Positions 11,181 through 21,827 of a stretch of 64,000 nt of DNA are shown one piece after another; within the stretch, counting starts at the first letter, position 1; each line of letters opens with the position of its first letter. This DNA is from Bugula neritina (taxonomy: Eukaryota; Animalia; Bryozoa). The stretch covers positions 25,656,339 through 25,720,338 of the forward strand of contig OZ037766.1 in the NCBI GenBank assembly GCA_964035545.1, given 5' to 3'. The notes under the pieces are model-generated. The model saw nothing but the letters and a program-made list of their open reading frames with translations, was not told the origin of the DNA and searched no databases. The position numbers and the translations under genes are program-made.

Positions 11181-14100
11181 TTATTGCCAATAGCTGCTGT
11201 ACTTTTTCCAGTCAAATTTAGGAAGATAGCTGATTGCATCACTATTATTTTCATTGCCATTACCTGTAAAACACAGCATAACATAGTTTAATATTTGACT
11301 TATTAATGGCTAAATCTATTCATAAGAATGAATGCTTCAAGTTAGTGACAAACTAATAACGTTATGCTCATTTATTGCTAATGTTATGGAAAAGTGTTCA
11401 ATCACTTTGTGTATATACATGAAGCAATAATATAGTAGAGTCTTTTAGCATAAGTTTTTAGCATGTCATTGGTGGTAGAAGTGGTAGATTTGTACAGGAT
11501 ATAAGGTGTGTGGCAAAAATTATCAACTTATTGAAAATTTAAATTTATTTAGTGTTGTTCTTTTACAAAAAGCTAAGCTAAGCTAAGCAATATTATTGTA
11601 AACTTACTGTTTCCATTATTGCTTCCTATATTCCCATTGCCATTGTTTACACCATTACCACTTCCAACATTTCCATTACCATTGCTTTGCCCATTATTCT
11701 TTCCCAGATTGTCATTACCATTTCCGACTCCATTATTTGACCCTATGTTCTCATTACCATTGTCTAAAACAAAACAGCATAAAATAGTTGTTTCAATGTT
11801 GAAAATTGCTATTAAATTTAAAACTGATAATTTTTAAGTTTTTAGGTGCATATTATTAGCTGGAAGCCAATTTAAAAATTTGCTAAAGCATTCATACCAT
11901 TTCCATTATTGCTTCCAAGATTGCCATTTCCATTTTCTTTTCCGTTGCCAGATCCTTTGTTAATATTCCCATTTCCTGTAAAGGGTGTTCAACATTATTA
12001 GGTCATATAATTTTGCATTATTATCTGTTGCTCGTCAAAACAACAGCACAGCTACAGTTTAAAAGTTAGGAGATAGTATTTTTTTCAATCACGGTTACCG
12101 TTCAATGTCAAGCACAATTATATTCTCTAATCTATATCATGAAGGGGTCATTCAAATATTAAGAGTGATTCACAAATATAAAAATGGCTGCCACTAGCTC
12201 ACCTGCACCATTAAGAGCTCCAATATTGTCATTTCCATTCATCTGACCATTATCAGATCCATCATTGATATTTCCATTTAGGAATCCATTTCCACTTCCA
12301 ACATTGTCATTGCCTGCAAAATAATTCTCTCAATGCATTATTGTTGCAAATTTCAGCCATGTTGTCTTTTTAAACATCGAAAATGTTTTGAAGCCATGGC
12401 TATTATCCCAATCGTGTGGTTTTGAATGACAAAAGATGATGCATTATGGGTAAACTGGGTAAACTTAAAACTACAAAACTAGCTAGTGTGTAAAATGAAT
12501 ATACTTCCTTAGTGGTCCTCTCTATATTATTGTTTTTCATTTTCCCAGCCGACTAATTCTGATTTACCGTTGTCAATTCCATTTGCAGCTCCAATGTTAG
12601 CGTTGCCATTTTCTCTTCCATTGTGAGATCCTACATTATTTCCTCCATTATCTGCCCCATTACTGTTTCCACTGTTATCATTACCATTGTCAACTCCATT
12701 AAAATCACCAACATTCTCGTTTCCATTGCCGACTCCATTTCCATGTCCCGCATTTCCATTGCCTATTTTATAAAAGTTAAAATTTATGTTAAATAAAAGG
12801 GTGCATTTATAAGAAACTAAAGACCATTATTTTTGGAGCTTAACTTGCATATTTTGACAAGATATATAGTTGGTTATATGGTAGACACAATTTAGCCCGT
12901 TGTTTCAAAACTTAACTATTTATTTTTTCAATATATTCAAAAAATAGCAGTAGCAAGGAGAACAACAGAGATTTTCACAGATTTGTATTACTAAATTTAT
13001 GCATTGTATAATTATTTTTTATCATTATTTTTTATTACAACACTCTTATTTTTACTATATGGTAGTTATTATGTTGCAAAAATGACCTGTTTAATTTTAT
13101 TAGAATAATCAAAATAATCTTAAATATTTTTCATAACAAATCATTAATGGCATTGTTTAATCATAATGCTTGCACAATATTTTGCTGAAAAGACTGCTAT
13201 GGTTTCTAAGACAAGTTGCAACTGATTCAACCTACCATTCATTTTACCATTTTTGTCTCCTTTATTTTGGTTACCATTTCCTTGACCATTACCAGTTCCA
13301 TTATTTACATTTCCATTATTGCCTCCGTTGAAATCTCCCACATTGTCATTGCCATTTGCAACACCTGTGAAATAGAGAAGCAACCAATGAAAATGACTGT
13401 CAGTATAATTGCAGAATTTTAGTTTTTTGAAATTGGATTTAATAATATTTTTCCACAGTGTATGATAGTATATAGTCTATGCTACAAGCATTAATACTTG
13501 TAAAAATTACTTATTGTGCAGATTCGAGTTATGGCAGATATGCTTAATTCTATTCTGATTAACTTATTCCTAATTGTTTTGTCATATAAATGTCTTAATA
13601 AAATTTATTGTAGAGCTGTCTTTATATGTTAGAGCTTGTATGCATGTGTAGTAAACTACACGCATTATATATACACATGCAATGCTATTGTCATATATTT
13701 ATATGGTATATCATTTCATTATGTTTAACGTTTTAAATTCAACTTACCATTAACATTTCCAATATTATCATTTCCATTTTCAGATCCACTACTGTTTCCC
13801 TTATTTCCATTTCCGTTGCCTTGACCATTTAAGCTACCAACATTAACGTTGCCATTATCTGCTCCGTTCTTATCACCAAGGTTAGCATTGCCATTGATTA
13901 TGCCATTACCATTTCCAAAATTGCCATTTCCTGAAAAAATTTGCCATATGCATTATTTTATTTAATAACAGAGTTTAAAAAAAATTATATGGAAAATCAA
14001 ATAATAATTAATTAATAATTAATATTTTATACCAGCTTACCATTACCAAATCCATTCTTATCTCCAGTGTTCTGATTGCCATTTTTTCCACCATTGCTTT

Positions 14101-17100
14101 CACCCTTATTTTCATTTCCATTACCGATCCCATTTCCAGAGCCTGTGTTTGAATTACCAACATCAACAGCATTACCATCTCCATGATTCCCATTTCCATT
14201 TGCAAAGCCATTGTGGTGGCCGTCGTTGGCATTGCCAACATTGTTCCCATTATTATTTCCAATGTTTTTATTGCCATTAGTTCTTCCATTCATATCCCCA
14301 TTGTTGGCTAAAAGTTTATAAAGAAGTTTATTAATTTTGTTTAATGATGAGGCAAGTGAAAAGGTAATTGATAATTGCAATAGGTATTAATTTTTAATGG
14401 CTAAAAATAACAGGTTTAGTCATTAAAATTATTATTCCTCACCGTTTCCCACAGCATTTCCATTATCAGCTCCACTATTTTCATTTCCATTTATCACTCC
14501 ATTACCAGTGCCATTGTTGACATTACCATTCCCATTACCATTTGAGTTACCATTGTTGTCATTGCCATTAATGGAGCCATTCGAATCTCCTTTGTTGTTT
14601 CCGCCATTACCATTTCCTTCAATGTTATAAGACCAATGTAATCATTTTGAAAAGAACCACTTTGGGAGTTATATGATAATTAACATTTGCACACATGCAA
14701 TCTATTAACTTTATAAAAAAAGTAAACTAAACATTCAAGTTACTTTTCAATGTACATGATTGATGTCATCAAAAATATAACTTAGTAGACCTTCAGATGC
14801 TAAAATATATAGATGGACCACCTACCATTATGGCTGCCGTTGTTGCTGTTTCCATTAAAGCTACCATTATTATCTCCTGTATTCACAACTCCATTTCCAT
14901 TACCATTCTCCGAGCCCATATTGCTAAAAAGGTAAAGCAATATGGTCTACAATATACCTCTTGCATAAGTAAACTGCATGTTTGTAGGTTTGTAAAGTCT
15001 AAGCTTATGTGATGGCACTAGAAATTGTCTTTAAATTAGTTCAGCATTTTTTACTCATATAATTTGATGTCATGCTAAGTAGAAAGAAATTAAACACCAC
15101 CTCATGTACTATAAATTAATATGGTTCAATACATTGTAAATTTGTTTATATGCTTAATAACTTATAGCTGACTCTCAGCACTAGACATAAAACTTATACT
15201 CTGCAAGTCTACATGGTGTTTTTTCTCATTACACAGAATTTATTCTTACTTGTTTCCGTTGTTGTTTCCATTACCACTGCCGTCGTTTTTTAGTCCATTG
15301 CCATTACCATTTGAATTTCCTTTGTTATCATTACCATTATGGACTCCATTGCTATCACCAGTGTTTGAGTTTCCATTATTATTACCAGTAGATGAGCCAT
15401 TGTTCCCTGCAGCAATAGCATAAAGTTTTCCAAAAACTGCTAAAACACTATTTTCTAGAGAAAGTGTATCTATGCTTAAGTTATAGAATTGAAGACATTG
15501 ATGTCAAATACATATTGTTCTAACTTATATTAAGATAAAACCATTTCTATTGCGCGATTTTGTGTGCCATTATGTAATATATATATTAATTGTTGTACGT
15601 CAAAAGCTCAGATATATTGGTGTAACAAAACAGTTAGGAGGAATTGGAATTGAAGTGGTCTAATGGATAGAGTTTTAGAATTCAGATAATAGTGCACATG
15701 CATATAAGCTTTTGTTAGTTTTTCAAGTATAAAATTTATAAAACTTTTTCTATGCTGAACACTTTTCTAAAGTCCTAAGTTGATACAAACCTTTGGGCAA
15801 GTAATTAAGTTACTTTCCCTCATGTTGTAACAGGTATATAGATAATGCAAATAATGTTCACCTAATGAAATTATAGAAATTTTTTCAAGTGCAACGCACT
15901 AATCTGTGATAGATATAGTATAGCAGATTGTATTATGTCTCCATTATAGTCATGTTGTGACATCATTGCTGTGTGTGTTTGGCTACTTACTGTTTCCATT
16001 ATTGCTTCCATTTGAATCTCCAATATTTGTAAGTCCTGCAGCATTTCCATTACCATCACCATTGTTGTCATTGCCGTTGTATACACCATTTTTATTTCCT
16101 GTGTTGCCATCACCATTCACATTTCCGTTACTAGTCCCGTTGTTTCCTGCCAATAAGTACACAGCGTATCGTAAATTATTTTAAGTATATTATACATGTA
16201 TATGAAACAAAATAATAAGAGGGATGATATTTAAAAGTTGACTAAAAGTTAGGCAAGTTCAAATTTTGACCTGTGACCCTGATTTGCTTAGTTTTAATCA
16301 TATAATTTTATCATATTTTAAGTTTTTCATTATAAGTTTTGAGTTATGACCACTTTGCATTAACAACCTTAATATTGGATAACATCATCAATTAATATAA
16401 CTAGTGAAAATATTGAATAAAATAAGAGCAACTTGTGCCTTGCTTTGCCAACATAATGTGAATAACAATCAAGGAAGTGACTTATATAGCAGATAGCTTT
16501 ACTAATAAAAAGAACAGCTTGTAGCTACTCATCTACTATATCAATTCTTGTAAATATACACAACTCCTCCTAGCCTTGACTTTACTTACGATTTCCATTT
16601 TCGTTGCCATTTTCATTTCCCTTATTTTCGACTCCATTCAAATTTCCATTGTCATCTCCATTATTGTTATTTCCATTAGCATTTCCATTTGTGCTCCCAA
16701 TGTTTTCATTGCCATTACTGTTACCATTACCAACTCCATAATTATCATTTCCATTCGCATTACCATTGCCACTTCCAACATTTCCATTACCATTGCTATT
16801 TCCCTGCGATTGCCCATCATTTCCTAAATAGATAACACAACTTCTAATATACCAAAATTGAAAGTATAATTCTGGAAATGAAAATTGCTTTTGTTTATAT
16901 TTACATTTAAAGTACAAGCATCATTGTTCTTGTACTTTTTCTATTTAAATCTGATCAAGCACTAAATTAACTGGAATTTTTTATTTAACAGTTGAAAATC
17001 ATTTAAACCTGCTTTAATGAGCACTCTTTTATGCAGTATGATATATCATATAGTATTATCCCAATATGTATAACACACATTCTTGCTTTATATTCTGTGA

Positions 17101-19637
17101 AACTGGTCTATTTATATGTGAGTCCTCTAGGTTATTCCAGGCATGTTTATGTCCTCAAAGCACTTCATCATTAAGTGAACAAATGCAAGTTAAGAAAAGG
17201 ACCCTTTAAAGTTTAAAGCATTGTATGTAGATTAAATATAAAACCTCCATCGAAATAATCGCATTGACTGTGAGTATTTCAACATCTATGGTAAACTATA
17301 CATCTTTTGAAGTCAATGTTGCCACTGTTATTCTGTTAACTGGTACTATAATCAGTGTTATGCAATGATTAGTCAGTCCCCTTGGCACTAGTAGGTATAT
17401 TTCCTTGTTTGATCTGACCAATGTAGTAATCCTGTGTTATAATCTCCAGGAATTATTGGATTAAGGATTAATTACTACATTTTATCTAATAATTTCACAA
17501 TAACCAATTTATATCTGTTATTATCAATTAAACTAATATTCAGCTTCATGCTATCAGTTATAAACATTATGCAAGTTGACACCAGACAACACTAATTATG
17601 AATCAAATGCGAAACTCAAAAATTTTGCTCATCTAGCATCAAATGAATTGCATTTGTATAACTGCATGATATTACCATTTCTACCAATTTCTTAATATAA
17701 CTATCCTTGGTTTAAGAATACGTCATTAAAACATATAAGATGCATCCCTATACTCAACAGTATCGACCTCTATAATACTTTTCTCTATTAGGTCATAAGA
17801 TACTGGTATAGAATTCATTACACACAGAATTGCATGCTGTTTGAATATAATATGCCTAAAATTTAGATTTTATTCCAATTTTGCGTAATATTTCCACATA
17901 GTTTAGTAGAATAATGTAACTAACCATTGCCATTAGCATTTCCATTTAGATTGCCATCGTTGTGATTGCCGTTGTTGTTACCATTTTTATCTCCTGCATT
18001 TTCATTGCCGTTTTCATTGCCATTAGCATTACCCATATCCAGGTTTCCATTGAAGTTGCCATTATATGTGCCATTGTTGCCATTACCATTTTTGCTACCA
18101 ATGTCTGTACCATTGTTTCTGTGAAGTACAGAGAAACTGGTTTATATAGTTATACCCACAACATAATATATTGGTACTTGAATAAAAACAATGTCTAATA
18201 GAAAGATTGCAAGATTGAAATGAAAGAAATTGAAAGAAGAATATTTTAGTTAAATTTGTAACTTACCCATTACCATTAGCATTTCCATTGTCATTGCCGT
18301 TATTTCCATTACCATTAAAATTACCAGTGTCATTACCAATGTTTCTATAAAATTACAAAACATGTTTATAAAAATTACATTGGATGCTGTTGAACACATG
18401 TAAGATAATTTTTTACAATTACTAAAATACTGCTAGATAGTATATACATTGCCAACAGAATTATACTGAGCATGAGTGTAGTGTAGTGTACTGCTACTCT
18501 ATGTACCAAAGTGTATTGTTATTTTTACTATATAGTATAATGTACTGATACTGTTACTATGTAGCATAGAACGCTCCTACGGTTACTATGTAGTGTAGTA
18601 TACTGGTGCTATTACTATGTATTATACTGATACTGTTGCTATGTAGTGTGGTATAAAGCACTGTTACTTTTACTATGTGGCATAGTACACTGTTACTCTT
18701 ATTATGTAGTATAGTACACTGCTACTCTTACTATGTAAAGAACTACTAACCTATTGCCGGAGAGATTCCCATTTCCTGTTCCGTTATTAAAATTTCCGTT
18801 AACATTTCCTCGATTGGTACCTGTAGAATAATTTACAATGTTTCTGCATCTACCTAGTAACTTTGTAGTATGGCTACTATAATAATGGCTGGCAACTGTT
18901 TAATTTACCAAAGCCATAATTATAGCTTTTTCAATTCCAGAAAGATTCACTGAACTACTGAAATAACATTATGGATTCTTAAACTGTAAAGTTCTTTAAT
19001 CATTAGAATATAATAATTATTATCTTGAATTTTTTATTTCAGTTTTTCGTATTATTTTAGATTTACAAGAGATTGATATAAGATTTTACCATATAAGGAA
19101 GTTATGAATTTACATCAAAACTAAAATATTTTCCAATGCTTACTTTACTGTTTGATGTTCATGTTGATGGCAATACTTAATATGTTGACTAGTATTGTTA
19201 TAAAGCTTCTATATAGTCATGTGTGATTTAATTTAACAACTTTTAACAAGTTTTTAGCATGAGTCAACTAGTTATTAAACTAATAATCTAATAAGCTCTT
19301 ACCTTCTCCATTTTGATTTCCATTGTTTGTTCCAGTTTCGTTTCTCATCCAAATACGATGACTGTTTTGAATAGCCTCAGCTCTTGATTTCCAGTCTGTG
19401 CTACTATGGGTTGGGAGTCCCCACGTCACCATAAGTATTGCAGTTAGTGCACAGCATACTGTAGTTGATCGGTGCAATATCTAAAGATACAATACAAATA
19501 GTCATACATATGTTAGCATAGCAATCTCTATCTATATAATTTGGTGAAACACTAATTTCAAGTTAAAATCATTATAACTTGCTTGAGTTATAAATTTATG
19601 AAGACAATTGAGTAATTGTGTTACTTACTTTTGACAT
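11181..19637 (-). CDS. Secreted Asn/Gly-rich 13-residue tandem-repeat protein, paralogue A (849 aa, 58 repeats, 18 coding exons)
   Basis: Exons 19637-19629, 19480-19303, 18820-18751, 18344-18267, 18118-17925, 16823-16590, 16146-15991, 15406-15250, 14923-14826, 14616-14443, 14307-14041, 13930-13748, 13364-13236, 12762-12568, 12313-12203, 11975-11898, 11763-11608, 11263-11181 (2550 nt, GT-AG, phases compatible). Signal-peptide-like start MSKILHRSTTVCCALTAILMVTWG, then WKSRAEAIQNSHRIWMRNETG, repeats such as NDNVGDFNGGNNG, and tail DAISYLPKFDWKKYSSYWQ*. Confidence 0.9.
17200..17460 (-). mobile_element. Possible highly decayed LINE endonuclease fragment in an intron of paralogue A
   Basis: Minus-strand frames give IIPGDYNTGLLHW and VPVNRITVATLTSK, loosely like the GDFN and PTR motifs of APE-type LINE endonucleases; many stops and frameshifts. 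Confidence 0.25.
18475..18740. repeat. Degenerate ~30-bp minisatellite (actatgtagtgtagtatactg-like) in an intron of paralogue A
   Basis: Recurring ctgttactatgtag...tagtacac units. Confidence 0.65.
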
Positions 19638-19740
19638 GATGTTTGCAGACTGGTAATTGTTTAGCAGTGAATGATAAATTTTTTATATTCTTCTCTCATA
19701 TAAAGTGTTAAATGTGATAATGATGGACTTGGCGGAGACC

Positions 19741-19786
19741 TTATATATGCTTCTGAAAAACAGTAATAACTAATATAATGAATCAT
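19741..19786 (-). promoter_or_regulatory. TATA box and upstream AP-1-like element of paralogue A
   Basis: Minus-strand TATATAA at 19747-19741, ~100 bp upstream of the ATG; ATGAATCAT at 19778-19786. Confidence 0.5.
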
Positions 19787-20754
19787 TGCTAAGTAAATTG
19801 TTGCATAAAAATTAGTCATTTAAACATTACAGGTGGGTGGTGGTGGAACTCAACCTAAGATTATGCTGAAAAGTTTAGGTCACCAAGGCTAATATATTGA
19901 GAGATGGTAACTGTCACCACAACGTCATTACCATACAGAGGAAGGGTACAGAGTATACCACATGTAAAGTCTGTATTACTCAACTGATGATTTGCACCTT
20001 TCTGTGGGAATGGTTACCTTGCAGCATAAATCTGTATTACACTTTGTGCAATAACTACTGGTGCATTTGTCTATACCTTGATTACAGGCATGTATACTAT
20101 ACGTCTGTATCCCATAGGTGATTTGACTAATCCTCCCATGAAATATAATGCATATATCTTAAGATTTATTATAGTAAAAACTTTGCACAATTTCTTGCTA
20201 ATTACTTGCTTCTTTTATGCATTTACTCTTCTGCTCTAAGTCTACACAGCATTATGTAGCCAAGAGGCTCCTATAGAGTTATCCGTGGTAATGCAGTTGG
20301 GCTGACAAATAAAAAAAATTACTAATGACAATCTTTATAACAATTCTGAGAATATAGAGTGAGAATAAATTTTTCTATTTTCTAATTTCTCATTTTATTG
20401 TGATAAACTATGCAGGTTGCTTCCGCTTATGTATTTGCTAAAATATGCAAGGGGAACATTAAAAATGAATTAGTATTAGTTTAAAGCAATTTCTGTAGGT
20501 CTATAATACTATATTGGTCACCAAGAGAGACTAATTTTTCTACAACTGATGAGCTCAGAATCATTGGTTTTTAGCTAACAACCTTGTTATATTTTACACA
20601 ACTGCATTATTTTGAGTCAGCACGTAAAATTATGACCTGTAAATGTATTAACAATATGCATAATTTAGTAGTTATTAGGAAAAGTAATGTGTAGGGCTAA
20701 AGTTCTACAAGCCCGTCACGTCCACTAATACAGAAAATTTTGGTTCTAAATACT

Positions 20755-21160
20755 ACATGTGTTGTTGTGTGCTGTGTTGTTGTGTATTGTGTTGTTGTTT
20801 GTGTGCTATGTGCTGTGGTGTGTGTGCTATGTGCTGTGGTGTGTTTGCTATGTGCCGTGGTGTGTGTGCTATGTGTGCTGTGGTGTGTGTGCTGTGGTGT
20901 GTGTGTGCTGTGGTGTGTGTGCTGTGATGTGTGTGCTGTGGTGTGTGTGCTGTGGTGTGTGTGCTGTGGTGTGTGTGCTGTTGTGTGTGTGCTGTGGTAT
21001 GTGTGTGAGTGTGTGCTGTGGTGTGTGTGCTGTAGTGTGTGTGCTGTGATGTGCGTGTTGGGGTGTGTGTTGTGGTGTGTGTGTGTGTGTGTGTGTGTGC
21101 GTGCGTGCGTGTGTGAGTGTGTGTGTGTGGGTGAGTGGGTGGGTGGGTGGGTGAGTGTGT
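20755..21160. repeat. Compound (TG)n / (GTGTGCTGTG)n simple repeat
   Basis: Directly visible; explains the V/C and H/T ORFs here. Confidence 0.95.
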
Positions 21161-21616
21161 AGCAGATATCTCAGGGTTTGTCCTTTCGTCAACAAAAAAC
21201 CAAGCTTCATCGCCCCAATGAAAAAAACTTATATTTTTATCAAAGCATAATATTTAAAAGACGGTAACCTCAAGCAGAGAGCTCAAGTAACTTATGGATA
21301 TTCTATAAGTTAAAAATGTCAAGGTTTTATATTTTCACAAATTACTTTGTATGACAGTAAGTGGAAGGAGGGGGAGGGGTTACAGACGCACTTATTAAGC
21401 TAAAAATAAACTTTGACTCAACAGTTTTTCAAGAAATTGTGCGATATGTCTGAAATTATTGCCTTTTATATAGCTGGAGGTTAGTAAGGTAAATTTGCCA
21501 ACCCTTTGAAAAGCCTTTACTGTCAAGAACATATAACACCATAGGCTCACTTTACACACACAGTACTATACATAATAATATATTGTAATATTAAGAATGT
21601 TTTAGATGGTACTATA

Positions 21617-21827
21617 GGGAGCGGCTGTGGTCTAGGGGTTAAAGCGTTTGCCTTATAGGAAACACAAGGTCGTGGGTTTGAGCCCGGGTACAGGCTCTTG
21701 GTGATGTTAGAAAGAGCATCCAGTCATAATTGGTCCTGTGCCTCATCTAGAAAAGTCCTTAGCCCGTTTTAACAAAAACCCTTTGTTTCGAACAGGAATA
21801 GTGACTATAAACTTGCATGAGAGTTTC
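21617..21827 (+). mobile_element. tRNA-derived SINE (~211 bp) with 17-bp target-site duplication
   Basis: A-box-like TGGTCTAGGGG and B-box-like GGTTTGAGCCC, then ggtgatgttagaaagagcatccagtcataat and a 3' tail gtgactataaacttgcatgagagtttc. Flanked by identical ttttagatggtactata at 21600-21616 and 21828-21844. Confidence 0.88.

Noticed and set aside
21617-21695. tRNA gene
   Set aside because: A/B boxes are present but there is no convincing cloverleaf; it continues into a SINE body, has a TSD and has dispersed diverged copies.
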